From a virus: a stretch of 41,753 nucleotides of DNA. The translations under genes and the position numbers were made by a program. Shown here piece by piece: positions 1 through 9,929 of the stretch. Every line of letters begins with the position of its first letter. Positions within the stretch are counted from its first letter, which is position 1. A model generated the notes under the pieces. That model made no database searches and was not told the DNA's origin. It was given only the letters and a program-made list of their open reading frames with translations. Location of the stretch: UHGV virus genome UHGV-0240563. One strand, written 5' to 3'.

Positions 1-1297
1 AGAATTTGTAATCAATGCCGGCGGGGTAATAAGTGCGATACAAGGCATGATTGCTCCAATTACATTGGCGACAAGTGCCCTTTTAACCAATGCAAAAGCA
101 TTTGCTACAAATACAGCAGCAAAAATAGCTGACAAAGCTGAAACAGTAGCTATCGTGGCAATGTATGCAAAAGACTTTGTTGTAGCAACAGCGGCGTCAG
201 TTGCGGCTTTGGCAAAACAGGCCGCTCAATTTGCGATTACTACAGCGGCAAAAGCGGCAGATGCAATAGCTCAGGCAGCTATGACCGCCGCTACTGTTGC
301 GTGGAATGCAGTGTGTGCAGTTGCGACAACGCTGACAACAGCATTAGGAGCAGCTATTGGATTTATCACAAGCCCTATAGGTTTGGCTATAGCGGCCATT
401 ACGGCATTGATAGCAGCAGGCGTATACCTGTATCAGCATTGGGATGAAATAAAAGCCAAGGCATTAGAAGTATGGGAACAGATTAAACAGATAATTTCTA
501 ATGCGTGGACTGCAATCCAACAAAAAACAACTCAAATCTGGAACGGCATAAAATCCCTGCTCAACACCATTTGGAACTGGCTGAAATCCCTTGCAACTAC
601 CCTGTTTACTGCAATCAAAAATGCGATCAGCACAATCTGGGAAAGCATTAAATCCACAACTTCCGAGATCTGGGAAGGAATCAAGAGTACCTTGTCTACC
701 CTCTGGGATACCATCAAAACGGCTGTAGATGAGAAATTCACAGCCATGCGGGATGCGATCACGGGCGTATGGGATACTGTGAGAAGCAAAACCAAGGAAA
801 TATGGGATGGAATCTGGGCAGATATAAAGGGCATCATCAACATGATTATCAGCGGCGTTGAGAGCATGGCAAACCGCGTTATTGATGCTATTAACGCCAT
901 GATTGATGCTGTGAATGAGGTAGCGGATAAAGTGCCTGGAATCGGTGCAGATCTCATTCCTAATATTCCAAATATCAACCTTCCGCGTTTGGCACAAGGC
1001 GGCTTTGTCCGCGCCAACACGCCACAGCTTGCCATGATCGGTGACAACCGGCACTATGGCGAGATTGTGGCACCTGAGGATAAGATGCAGGAGATGGTAG
1101 ACCGTGCGGTTGCAATGGCATCACGCAACAGCAGCGGCATGAGCGACCAGTACCTTGCTATTATGGTAGGCCTTCTGCAAAAGATTATAGAGTTAATCGA
1201 GCAGATGGATCTGACCGTCTATGTGGATATCAGGGAAATCAAGAAGCAGCTGGCTGATCTGGAGAAGCGCAGCGGCTACAAGCTCAGACCAACATAA
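1..1297 (+). CDS. Tail tape measure protein, C-terminal part. It is in frame with 39859..41753 across the window junction.
   Basis: The frame is open from position 2. The protein is Ala/Thr-rich with repeated helical 'xIWxxIK' heptads typical of tape measure proteins. It lies upstream of tail-tip genes, and the window end joins it in frame. Confidence 0.8.
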   Translation, partial: EFVINAGGVISAIQGMIAPITLATSALLTNAKAFATNTAAKIADKAETVAIVAMYAKDFVVATAASVAALAKQAAQFAITTAAKAADAIAQAAMTAATVAWNAVCAVATTLTTALGAAIGFITSPIGLAIAAITALIAAGVYLYQHWDEIKAKALEVWEQIKQIISNAWTAIQQKTTQIWNGIKSLLNTIWNWLKSLATTLFTAIKNAISTIWESIKSTTSEIWEGIKSTLSTLWDTIKTAVDEKFTAMRDAITGVWDTVRSKTKEIWDGIWADIKGIINMIISGVESMANRVIDAINAMIDAVNEVADKVPGIGADLIPNIPNINLPRLAQGGFVRANTPQLAMIGDNRHYGEIVAPEDKMQEMVDRAVAMASRNSSGMSDQYLAIMVGLLQKIIELIEQMDLTVYVDIREIKKQLADLEKRSGYKLRPT

Positions 1298-1309
1298 GGA
1301 GGAAACAGC

Positions 1310-1684
1310 ATGGCAATCTATATCAACGGGCACAAATACCCCTCTTATGACCAGGGGCCGGGTCTCACCATTGCCACCAACGTCAACCAGGGCAAAAACG
1401 CCCTGGGAGAGTTTGTAGGGCAGAGAGTGGGACGGGATCAGGACAAGATAGACGGCCTGCAGTGGTCTTATCTGGATGCTGCCACTTGGGGAAGTATCCT
1501 GCGGGAATTTGACGAATTCGTAGTAACTGTCAAGTTTCCGGATATGAAGACAGGAGGCTGGAAAACAGAGCGGATGTATCCCGGAAATAGAACGGCCAAG
1601 GTCTGGGAAGAAGATGAAGACGGGCTTCCGACTATGTACAAGGACTGCAAGGTTAATCTGGTAGACTGCGGGGTGATTGAATAA
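1310..1684 (+). CDS. Hypothetical tail-module protein (124 aa)
   Basis: AGGAGG RBS 7 nt upstream. It sits immediately after the tape measure gene. No motif recognised. Confidence 0.45.
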   Translation: MAIYINGHKYPSYDQGPGLTIATNVNQGKNALGEFVGQRVGRDQDKIDGLQWSYLDAATWGSILREFDEFVVTVKFPDMKTGGWKTERMYPGNRTAKVWEEDEDGLPTMYKDCKVNLVDCGVIE

Positions 1685-3951
1685 TGCAGGCAGCAAGCAG
1701 CAAATACAAAGAGGTTATGCGCCGCAAATGGCGCAATCCTCTATCCCATCTGCGTGTTACGATTGGTCTTATCAATCAGGAGGCACAGGCATCCGCATAT
1801 ATTCCAGATCCGGATCAGTATACTTATTTTTCCGACCTTAAGAAACCCATGGACAATTACAAGGTACAGGAGTTGTATGGTACCTGTGATGAGGATTATA
1901 CGCAGGTGGATGGCTCCATGTACTTCCTGCCCCATGAGGCAGATGCAGTGGTTCTCAATCAGGGACTTGTGACGGAGAAGCTTCTGGGAGATATCGAGAT
2001 CCGTTTTCCGGTTCAGTATGATATTAAGGGACTGACGGTAGAATTTGGGAAAGCATATCCGGTTGATTTTTCCATTGTGTCCGATCATCATACAGTAGAG
2101 ATAACAGACAATACAGACGGCCATTATGTGACCGAGGAGATCTTCGAGGGGGCTACCTTCCTGCGGTTCTCTCCGTCCCGGATGGTTAACGGGCAGAGCC
2201 GGTTCCGGATCAACCAGATCACTATGGGGATTGGCATTTACTTTGACAGCCGCAAAATTCTGTCAGCCACGAAAAAAGAGCATATCAGTCCTATATCGGA
2301 GGAATTACCCACAATTGATTTTAGTTTGACGGTCAGTAATAAGGATCGGGCTTTTGATGTGGAGAACGATGAGAGCAGCGTTAACTTTTTTGAGTTGGGA
2401 CAAGATATAGAGGCGCTGTACGGGCAAGAATTGGACGACGGGACTATAGAATGGATTCCAGGTATTAACCTGGCACTGAAAGAGTGGTCTGCGGATGATG
2501 AGAAATTGAACCTGAGCGCATCCGACCGGTTTGACAGCATGGACGGTACCTATTACCGGGGACAGTATCATCCGGAAGGGATTAGTCTGTATAATCTGGC
2601 GGTTGATGTATTCACGGACGCCGGAGTGGATCCAAGGGAATATGGAGTGGATACCTATCTTAAAACAGTGATTGTAAGGAATCCCATCCCGGTTGTAGCC
2701 CACAAGGAAGCGCTCCAGCTGATCGCCAATGCGGGCCGATGTATCCTGTATCAGGATCGGACAGGAAAAATATATCTGAAATCCAGCTTTGTGCCGGAGA
2801 TGTCCGCATCATCAGAGGATGAGGCGTATTTTTCCCATGTCAGTACGATATTAAGCAAGGATGCAGGCCCCCGTGATGAGTATGCACTGACAGGGCGGGA
2901 TTATTCTACGGCGGGCGGCGCAGTGTATTTCCTCCCACGGCAGTCTGATGGAGGAACGTACCTTAATACCGGATATGTCTCTGATCGGGCAGCGGATGAA
3001 AAAGGAACCTTTCAGAATAACCCAACCGTTACCCTTACGATGGAAGCGGCATATAAGTGTTTTGGCGTTACGCTGATGTTTGGACGCAACTGGCCGGAGA
3101 CTGCTATATTCCATTCATACAACAGCGGAGAACTTCAGGAAGATTACGAAGTCAGAGATTTGGAACAGACAGCAGTAATCAGCCATGAGTTCCCGGAGTT
3201 CGACCAGCTGGTGATTGAGTTCACGAAGGGGGCACCTAATAACCGTGTGATCCTGGATCAGATCGCTTTCGGGGACAGCACAGATTATGTATTGGAGTAT
3301 GGTGTAGAGCTGACGAAAACGCCGGAAGGCACCAAGCTGCCCCGTGTGAAAGAGTTGCAGGTATTGCGTACTCTGTACAGCCAAGGTGATGGCGAGGTAC
3401 AGGAGCTGATCCGGGAAACGATCAGCCTGACAGCGCAGGATAACCAGTATACTTTCTATTTTTCTAACTCGTCCTATGGATTATCAGCATCCCTCACAGA
3501 GCCGCAAGAAGGGCAAGAAGTAACGATTATAGAAAGCAGTGCTTACTATGCAACTGTGGCTCTTACAGGAGTTACAGGAGCGGCAGAGGTTGTAATAAGT
3601 GGCAAGGAATATGTGGTAACACAAGCCAAGGTCAGCCGCCAGATTAATCCCACAGGAAGCACGGAAACATGGGAGAATCCGTTGGTATCGGATGTAGTCC
3701 ATGCTGCCGATCTGGCTGATTGGATTGGTGATTATTTTAAGGCTGACCGGGAATATAACCTGCAATATCGGGGAGAACCGAGGATAGACGCCAATGACAT
3801 TGCATTTTTGGAAAATAAGTATGTGCCGGACCTTCTGATCCGCGTGACAGACCACACGTTGAAATATAATGGGGCACTATCCGGAACGATCAAGGCAAGG
3901 AGGGACATGAGTTATGTGGCAACAGCCAAAAACAGACTGGCAGGCAAGTGA
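1684..3951 (+). CDS. Large tail-tip structural protein (Dit/Tal-like, 755 aa)
   Basis: Its start overlaps the upstream stop (ATAATG). Size and position after the tape measure gene fit a siphovirus distal-tail or tail-endopeptidase protein. Confidence 0.5.
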   Translation: MQAASSKYKEVMRRKWRNPLSHLRVTIGLINQEAQASAYIPDPDQYTYFSDLKKPMDNYKVQELYGTCDEDYTQVDGSMYFLPHEADAVVLNQGLVTEKLLGDIEIRFPVQYDIKGLTVEFGKAYPVDFSIVSDHHTVEITDNTDGHYVTEEIFEGATFLRFSPSRMVNGQSRFRINQITMGIGIYFDSRKILSATKKEHISPISEELPTIDFSLTVSNKDRAFDVENDESSVNFFELGQDIEALYGQELDDGTIEWIPGINLALKEWSADDEKLNLSASDRFDSMDGTYYRGQYHPEGISLYNLAVDVFTDAGVDPREYGVDTYLKTVIVRNPIPVVAHKEALQLIANAGRCILYQDRTGKIYLKSSFVPEMSASSEDEAYFSHVSTILSKDAGPRDEYALTGRDYSTAGGAVYFLPRQSDGGTYLNTGYVSDRAADEKGTFQNNPTVTLTMEAAYKCFGVTLMFGRNWPETAIFHSYNSGELQEDYEVRDLEQTAVISHEFPEFDQLVIEFTKGAPNNRVILDQIAFGDSTDYVLEYGVELTKTPEGTKLPRVKELQVLRTLYSQGDGEVQELIRETISLTAQDNQYTFYFSNSSYGLSASLTEPQEGQEVTIIESSAYYATVALTGVTGAAEVVISGKEYVVTQAKVSRQINPTGSTETWENPLVSDVVHAADLADWIGDYFKADREYNLQYRGEPRIDANDIAFLENKYVPDLLIRVTDHTLKYNGALSGTIKARRDMSYVATAKNRLAGK

Positions 3952-4321
3952 TTTTTTTAATATCCAGGATTACAACCGGATTAAAGGCAATCTTAACGAG
4001 ATCCGGAGTATGGCCTTGGAACTCTGGCCGGAGTTTGATTTTGAAGATATGGGGCAGGATAAGACCTATCAGGACTATGGATTCTATTCAGACGAGATTA
4101 ACCGATTTGAAGATAATCTGGATCACATTTGCACTGGTACATATCCTTTTGAGATCGGAGAAAAGCGGACATACAGTGAGAATCAGCCCTTTATTGGCTG
4201 GGAGGAGCTGAACCGGATTGAAAGCGCCTGCCTGAAAATGTACCTGAATATCCAGTCGGGCATGGACAGCAGGCCAACCTTGGAAATGACATTGGGAGGA
4301 GATGTAAATACATGGCTTTAA
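3914..4321 (+). CDS. Hypothetical tail-associated protein (135 aa)
   Basis: AAGGAGGG RBS at 3896-3903 and ATG at 3914, overlapping the end of the upstream gene. Confidence 0.4.
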   Translation: MWQQPKTDWQASDFFNIQDYNRIKGNLNEIRSMALELWPEFDFEDMGQDKTYQDYGFYSDEINRFEDNLDHICTGTYPFEIGEKRTYSENQPFIGWEELNRIESACLKMYLNIQSGMDSRPTLEMTLGGDVNTWL

Positions 4322-5313
4322 AAACAGATTTTGTGGATGCTCTTTTTGAACAGAAAAAGATCCGTCTGAATGAAAATGGGGATGGAACGGTGACTCCGGT
4401 AGATGAAACCGAGTATACCCGTCAGGGAGATAAGTTTGGGGCGAAAGAAATTAACGCCACCAACGAGGCAGTAAACGGTCTGTCCGAGGATATGGTAGAC
4501 CTAAAAAAATCTGTCAGTGATGGAAAAACACAGGTTGCCGCAGCCATCACTGCGAAACGGGTACCTACAGCGGCAACCGCAACATTTGGGGAGATGGCAG
4601 CCAATATCGGGAAGATTGTCCTGGGAAGCGGTAATGCGGTGCCGTCGGATGTTTTGGCAGGCAAGACTTTCACGAACGATGACGGGGTAGAATATACCGG
4701 CACCATGCCAAACCGTGGAGGATACTGGGGCTGGGGCAACAGCAAGGGCAATGATGGAGGCAATCAGAGAATGTGGGTTCGGCTTCCGGGCGGTTATTAC
4801 AACGAGAACGCAGAAGTATATCTGTCATGGGCGGATATCCGGGCTATGGCAGGGATCACGCCGGAGAAGGTTAAAAAGAATGAGTGGATACTGGGGGTAC
4901 AGGGAAATTTTGAGGGGTGGGTTCCGAACCCTCAGGATCTGTATTACAACGGGGTCAATAGTGCTGGTCTTATCCTTCTGTACGGCTGGACTTTTGAGAA
5001 CACAAGAATAGCATTTTATTATGATAGTCGCGCTGGCTCGGTTCCGTCCTTCAGGTTTCCTAACGCTATCGATGTCAGAAGTTATTCGAGATTGATTTTT
5101 GAGGGATATTTTCATTGGTCTGCGGATTCGACTATGTATTGTATTCTTAATAATCCTACTCAGGTTAGTCGCGCCAATTTTAATAAAGGAGCCACTTATG
5201 TTGCACTTGATATTTCACAAGTAGTTACAATCAACGCAAATGCAACCATTTATATGTCATTGGATAAAGCCTCAGGCGGTGTTTGTTATATCACCAGAAT
5301 AAGGTTAGAGTAA
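4312..5313 (+). CDS. Putative tail fibre / receptor-binding protein
   Basis: N-terminal shoulder-like region; Gly/Trp-rich middle (GGYWGWGNSKGNDGG); AT-rich divergent C-terminal domain. Confidence 0.45.
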   Translation: MALKTDFVDALFEQKKIRLNENGDGTVTPVDETEYTRQGDKFGAKEINATNEAVNGLSEDMVDLKKSVSDGKTQVAAAITAKRVPTAATATFGEMAANIGKIVLGSGNAVPSDVLAGKTFTNDDGVEYTGTMPNRGGYWGWGNSKGNDGGNQRMWVRLPGGYYNENAEVYLSWADIRAMAGITPEKVKKNEWILGVQGNFEGWVPNPQDLYYNGVNSAGLILLYGWTFENTRIAFYYDSRAGSVPSFRFPNAIDVRSYSRLIFEGYFHWSADSTMYCILNNPTQVSRANFNKGATYVALDISQVVTINANATIYMSLDKASGGVCYITRIRLE

Positions 5314-5337
5314 ATCAAGTTATTAAAAAGGAGCCTG

Positions 5338-5676
5338 ATGATGGATGAATTAACAAAAGCAGAGCTAGCCCGTATCCGTGACGAGGATCAGCGCCAGAAC
5401 CGGCGCATTGAGCTGCTGGAGGATATGAGTAAGGTGATCCAGGATCTGGTGCTGTCCATCCATGGCCTTGCAAAAGACATGGAGCAGATGCTTCAGGAAC
5501 AGAAGGAGCAGGGGAAACGTCTGGATAACCAGAGTAAGCGTCTGGATGCCTTGGAGAAAGAGCCGGGCAACACTTATAAGGATATCAAAAAAACAGCAGT
5601 CACAGCGATAGTAAGCGCGCTTGCCGGATCACTGGCAACCGGGCTTATTTTAATTTTGTCGCAGACTATCCATTGA
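5338..5676 (+). CDS. XhlA-like lysis-associated membrane protein
   Basis: 112 aa with an N-terminal coiled coil (ELLEDMSKVIQDL…KRLDALEKE) and a single C-terminal TM helix, the PBSX XhlA architecture. It directly precedes a holin-like gene. Confidence 0.5.
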   Translation: MMDELTKAELARIRDEDQRQNRRIELLEDMSKVIQDLVLSIHGLAKDMEQMLQEQKEQGKRLDNQSKRLDALEKEPGNTYKDIKKTAVTAIVSALAGSLATGLILILSQTIH

Positions 5677-5692
5677 GAGGAGGTGAGGAACT

Positions 5693-5923
5693 ATGCTTAA
5701 GAACTGTGTATTTAGGGCTGATGTGGATACCCGCCAGTGGATCCATGCGGCAGGCAGGAGAGCGGTCAAGACCATGGCGCAGACATTTGTCGCCACCATC
5801 GGCTCGGCAGCGGTCATGGGTGAGGTCAACTGGCCTATGGTAGCCAGCGCATCCGGGCTGGCAGGTATCCTGTCAGTGGCAACATCCGTTGCAGGCCTTC
5901 CGGAACTGCCAGCCAAGACCTGA
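5693..5923 (+). CDS. Holin (two TM helices, phiLC3/class II-like)
   Basis: 76 aa: short charged N-terminus, two hydrophobic helices, charged C-terminus. GGAGGTGAGG RBS. Confidence 0.5.
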   Translation: MLKNCVFRADVDTRQWIHAAGRRAVKTMAQTFVATIGSAAVMGEVNWPMVASASGLAGILSVATSVAGLPELPAKT

Positions 5924-6012
5924 GAGGAGGTGATCCAACATCTCCCGTCCGGCAGGGTCAGAGCCGGAGCAACTATTACATATTTTCAACAATGAAAGAG
6001 AGGACAAAGATT

Positions 6013-6180
6013 ATGGCAAACGCAACAGGAAAGAATCAGGACAAGAGAACAGCAGAGCAGAGAAAGAACGACGCAGCACAGAAGGCAAGACCCAAGGGTG
6101 CACAGGATACCACTTTTGTAACCACCGGCCCTGCAACCGGCAAGGAGGACGAGAGAGCGGTAGGCACGGAAGATAAGTAA
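6013..6180 (+). CDS. Small basic hydrophilic protein (55 aa)
   Basis: ATG preceded by AGAGAGGA. Lys/Arg/Gln-rich, low complexity. Confidence 0.3.
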   Translation: MANATGKNQDKRTAEQRKNDAAQKARPKGAQDTTFVTTGPATGKEDERAVGTEDK

Positions 6181-6206
6181 GCTGTGCGACGTCGCAACAC
6201 AGGCAG

Positions 6207-6236
6207 GCCCCGGGATTTCCTGGGGCCGTTTTTGGT
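6207..6236 (+). terminator. Rho-independent terminator
   Basis: GGCCCCGGgatttcCTGGGGCC stem followed by GTTTTTGG. Confidence 0.4.
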
Positions 6237-6246
6237 TGGAGGGAAT

Positions 6247-8595
6247 ATGATTACAGCAGTATTTACAGATAACGATGATTACGCCCATGCCTACGGCCTA
6301 TGGCAGTGGGATTACGGCCAGCAGCTCAGGATTGAGGGATTACATCTTCCGACGGCGGTAGAAATCCACTTTGCGCTACAGGAGACCGGCGGTGAGGCCA
6401 TAACCCGTGTGGGTACCACTAAGGACGGCGTAACAACCGTCACAATCCCGGACAGCATGCTGGAGGGCAACAGTACAGTATGGACGGCAGATAAGGCATA
6501 TAACATCTATGCGTGGGTATACCTGTCGGATAAGTCATCCGGCGAGACAATCAAGCGGATTACCATGCAGGTTAAATCACGCCCCAAGCCAGAAGCCTTT
6601 GAGGCACCGGGAGATGGGGAGATTTTTCACGAGGCGATTGAAGCTGTTAATGATGCCGCCAAACGTGCGGAGGAGGCCGGAGATAAGGCTATAGCTGCTG
6701 CGGATGAGGCCGAAAAAGCAGCCACCCAGACAGCGGAGCATCTGCAAGCTACAGAGGGTCTTGCAGAACAGGTAGAGACCAATGCCGACACCGTGGCGCA
6801 GGATAAACAGACTGTAGCAGGGATGCTCTCCCAGACACAGCAGGTGGCCTCAGAAGCGGTGTTATCGGCACAGGCGGCTAAGTTATCAGAGACAGCCGCA
6901 GTACAGGCACAGACGGGCGCTGAGGCGGCTGAGGATGGGGCAAGACAGTACGCTGAGGAGACAAGGGCAGACCGTCAGGCAGTGACCGAAGATAAACAGG
7001 CAGTTAGCCAGATGAGGGAAAACGTGGCGGCAGACCGTCAGGCGGTAGAGCAGACCGCTTTGCAGTTTGGACAGACCTCTCAGGATGCGCTTACAGCCAT
7101 AGGGCAGGCTCAGAGCACAGCTGTGGGAGCTGTTAAGGCCGAGGGCAATAAACAGACCACAGCGGTACAGGAGGCAGGCACACAGGCGGTCAGTGAGGTT
7201 ACTGAGGCCAAGACTACAGCAGTGGAGGCAGTCACCGCGGAGGGCGATAAGCAGACTAAAAGGGTTGAGGATGCGGCTGCCGGGATTGTGGCAGACAGAG
7301 AGCAGATCAACCAGAATAAGACTGATATAGCCGGTCTGGTGGAAGGGATGACAGATCTGGCACCGGCAATCCATAGCACGGCTTCTGGCTCCGTCATTAC
7401 CGCCAATGATGCCGCAGAAGGCCGTCCGTTCCGGGGGCTGAGGGTGTTTGGGCGGACGGAGCAGGTACAGACTACAGGGGCGCAGTTGATAAATACTCAA
7501 GGCGCAGGAAATAGTAGGGGCGTCGATTGGGTTTTTGACAAGGGAGTCGTTACATTTTCTGGCGTTACAGTGGATACTTCAACCAATAGAGTGAATTGTG
7601 CAGTTAATGTGAAGGATGTGATGGAAATTGGGAAAACATACTTCGCGAAAAGTTTCACTGTGGGGATTGCAAGCGATGTTGCTGTAGAAAAACCATCTGG
7701 GGTAATCTACACTAGAGAATATACGCCCGATGGAACCGAAACAGGTATTTGTATCAGAGTATTAGTTGACAAATCTAATGATGCTGGGATAGAAATTGAC
7801 TTAACTGCTTATGTCGCTATTACCGAAAACGAAAGACTGTCGTCATGGGAGCCCTACACCGGCGGCAAACCATCCCCCAGTCCAGAGTATCCGCAGGAGA
7901 TAGTGAGTGCTGGTGAGAGCGGCACAATCAACGTCTCTATTTCCGACAGCGGAAGTCAGAGCCAATCCCTCACCCTCGCCACTCCTAACGGTCTCCCCGG
8001 TGTGCCAGTCAGCAAGGACGGCAACTACACAGATTCCAACGGTCAGCAGTGGGTTTGTGACGAGATTGACTTGGAGAGGGGTAAGTATGTGCAGAGGGTT
8101 GCAATTGAAAAAAATAATGGTGGTTGGGAATTGAAACCTTCATCAGATACACCAGGAAGGTTTTTTCAGCATAATAAACTCACTAATATTTTTTCAATCG
8201 CATTAAAAAAGTCATTATGTAACATTGCGAGTTTTACCAGTTGGGGGGCACCTGTGAATGATAAGTATGCATTTGCATTAAATGGTCATGGCATTTATTT
8301 TTCGCCCCCGAAAGGTGCGGAAATAACAGCAGAAGAACTCAATGCAAAGCTTAATTCACTCTCATTTCCTGTGGTGTTTGTAGGCGAGTTAGCCACCCCC
8401 ATCGAGCGGGATCTCACACCAGAAGAGATTGCCACCTACAAGGCCCTGCGGACATATGGCCCGACTACTGTGATTACAAATGATGCAGGAGCCGGGATGG
8501 AAGTAACGTATGTAGCAGATACCAAGGCGTACATCGACAAGAAATTTAAGGAATTAAATCAAGCTATCGTGAACACTCAAATTGCATTGTTATAG
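6247..8595 (+). CDS. BppU-like baseplate/tail fibre protein with a central Ala/Gln-rich coiled-coil stalk
   Basis: GGAGGG RBS. N-terminus (MITAVFTDNDDY…) resembles the BppU_N fold. About 250 aa of A/E/Q/T-rich heptad repeats follow, then a mosaic AT-rich C-terminal region. Confidence 0.45.
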   Translation: MITAVFTDNDDYAHAYGLWQWDYGQQLRIEGLHLPTAVEIHFALQETGGEAITRVGTTKDGVTTVTIPDSMLEGNSTVWTADKAYNIYAWVYLSDKSSGETIKRITMQVKSRPKPEAFEAPGDGEIFHEAIEAVNDAAKRAEEAGDKAIAAADEAEKAATQTAEHLQATEGLAEQVETNADTVAQDKQTVAGMLSQTQQVASEAVLSAQAAKLSETAAVQAQTGAEAAEDGARQYAEETRADRQAVTEDKQAVSQMRENVAADRQAVEQTALQFGQTSQDALTAIGQAQSTAVGAVKAEGNKQTTAVQEAGTQAVSEVTEAKTTAVEAVTAEGDKQTKRVEDAAAGIVADREQINQNKTDIAGLVEGMTDLAPAIHSTASGSVITANDAAEGRPFRGLRVFGRTEQVQTTGAQLINTQGAGNSRGVDWVFDKGVVTFSGVTVDTSTNRVNCAVNVKDVMEIGKTYFAKSFTVGIASDVAVEKPSGVIYTREYTPDGTETGICIRVLVDKSNDAGIEIDLTAYVAITENERLSSWEPYTGGKPSPSPEYPQEIVSAGESGTINVSISDSGSQSQSLTLATPNGLPGVPVSKDGNYTDSNGQQWVCDEIDLERGKYVQRVAIEKNNGGWELKPSSDTPGRFFQHNKLTNIFSIALKKSLCNIASFTSWGAPVNDKYAFALNGHGIYFSPPKGAEITAEELNAKLNSLSFPVVFVGELATPIERDLTPEEIATYKALRTYGPTTVITNDAGAGMEVTYVADTKAYIDKKFKELNQAIVNTQIALL

Positions 8596-8605
8596 GAGGT
8601 ACATA

Positions 8606-9103
8606 ATGTACGATATTGTAAAAAATGTTATTATATCAGGTGATTTTAGATTATCTGATATGCAGACTAAAATTGATACTCTCTGGGTACAGGGAGATTT
8701 GACTGAAGATGAAAGAAATGAGTTAATCGCTATCATGAAACAGTATGTTAAACCAGAATCAGAAGCTCCAGAACAGATAGAATTGTACAAGCAGCTACTT
8801 GCAAAATATGAATCTCTGGATGAGCGTGTGACCAAGTTGGAAAATGGCGGTGTGACACCGGAACCACCTACAGGCGTAGAAATCCCTGTCTGGGAGCCTT
8901 GGGACGGCATCAGTAATCAGTACCAATATGGAGCTGTAGTTACAGTCGATCAGAAATATTACATTAGTGCACATCAGGGACAGAATACCTGGATGCCGGG
9001 TAGCATGGGAACGGAAGGACTATGGAAGGAGATCAGTAAAGAAGATGCGGAGGCTGTAATATCCGGCACGAAAACACCGGATCAGGTGGTTAAGGGAGAA
9101 TAA
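8606..9103 (+). CDS. XkdX-like N-terminus fused to a CBM5/12-like carbohydrate-binding C-terminus
   Basis: TAGGAGGT RBS. C-terminus 'WEPWDG…YQYGAVVTVDQKYYISAHQGQNTWMPG' matches the Trp/Tyr pattern of chitin-binding-type modules. Confidence 0.4.
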   Translation: MYDIVKNVIISGDFRLSDMQTKIDTLWVQGDLTEDERNELIAIMKQYVKPESEAPEQIELYKQLLAKYESLDERVTKLENGGVTPEPPTGVEIPVWEPWDGISNQYQYGAVVTVDQKYYISAHQGQNTWMPGSMGTEGLWKEISKEDAEAVISGTKTPDQVVKGE

Positions 9104-9106
9104 GGT

Positions 9107-9910
9107 ATGGAGATAAGACGAGAGATTAAGCAGATAAACTGTTACGCAGGTCAAAACCGTCCTGAGTGGATTGTAATCCATGAGACAGACAATTATAAAA
9201 AAGGTGCCGGCGCACTTAAACACGCTCAGGCCCATAAAAACGGCAACCTGTCCACGTCTGTGCATTGGTATGTGGACGATACGGTAGCAGTACAGACGTT
9301 GTATTACAGCGACGGTGCATACGCAGTCGGTAGACAATATGGTACGCCTCTGGTGGCAGGCGTTACCAACACCAACAGCATTAACATCGAGATCTGCGTC
9401 AACCCGGACTCTAATTATGATACCGCCCGTGCTAACTGCGTGGAACTTGTACGCCAGATCATGGCAGAGACAGGTATCAGTGCCGATCATGTAATCCGGC
9501 ACTATGATGCAAAGCGCAAGCACTGCCCCCGTAAGATGCTGGATCAGCCGCAGTTATGGACAGACTTCAAGGCAGCGCTCGTGGAGCCACAGAGAAAATC
9601 CGGCTGGCAGCAGGAGGATGGCGGTTGGCGCTACTACCTCGGCAACGGTCAGCCAGTCCGAAACGATTGGTACTGGTACGAGGACAAGTGGTACTGGTTC
9701 GACGGCTCCGGCATAATGGTGCATGATACATGGTACAAGTATAAAGACCACTGGTACTACCTGGGTGCTGATGGTGCTATGGTAACAGGACAGCAGACGA
9801 TAGACGGTAAGTGGTACATCATGGATACTGAGGGCCGCATGATTGTGGAGCCGGTGACGCTTACACCGGATCAGGATGGGGCGCTGAGATGGCCGGGGCT
9901 GGCGGAATAA
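9107..9910 (+). CDS. Endolysin: N-acetylmuramoyl-L-alanine amidase (Amidase_2/PGRP) with C-terminal CW_binding_1 repeats
   Basis: 'IVIHETDN…SVHWYVDD…ADHVIRHYDAKRKHCP' matches the Amidase_2 zinc-site pattern. C-terminal repeats GWxxEDGGWRYY / DKWYWFDGSG / DHWYYLGADG / GKWYIMDTEG are choline-binding-type cell-wall repeats. Confidence 0.85.
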   Translation: MEIRREIKQINCYAGQNRPEWIVIHETDNYKKGAGALKHAQAHKNGNLSTSVHWYVDDTVAVQTLYYSDGAYAVGRQYGTPLVAGVTNTNSINIEICVNPDSNYDTARANCVELVRQIMAETGISADHVIRHYDAKRKHCPRKMLDQPQLWTDFKAALVEPQRKSGWQQEDGGWRYYLGNGQPVRNDWYWYEDKWYWFDGSGIMVHDTWYKYKDHWYYLGADGAMVTGQQTIDGKWYIMDTEGRMIVEPVTLTPDQDGALRWPGLAE

Positions 9911-9929
9911 AAAGGTAGAAAAAGAAGTA

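Noticed and set aside
5924-5991. Hairpin CCGGCagggtcagaGCCGG after the holin gene
   Set aside because: No T-run follows, so it is unlikely to be an intrinsic terminator. It is probably incidental.
6660-7400. Possible tandem DNA repeat / VNTR in the Ala/Gln-rich part of the BppU-like gene
   Set aside because: The repeats are degenerate at the nucleotide level (coiled-coil heptads: AVQEAGTQAV / AVEAVTAEGDKQT). There are no exact tandem units.
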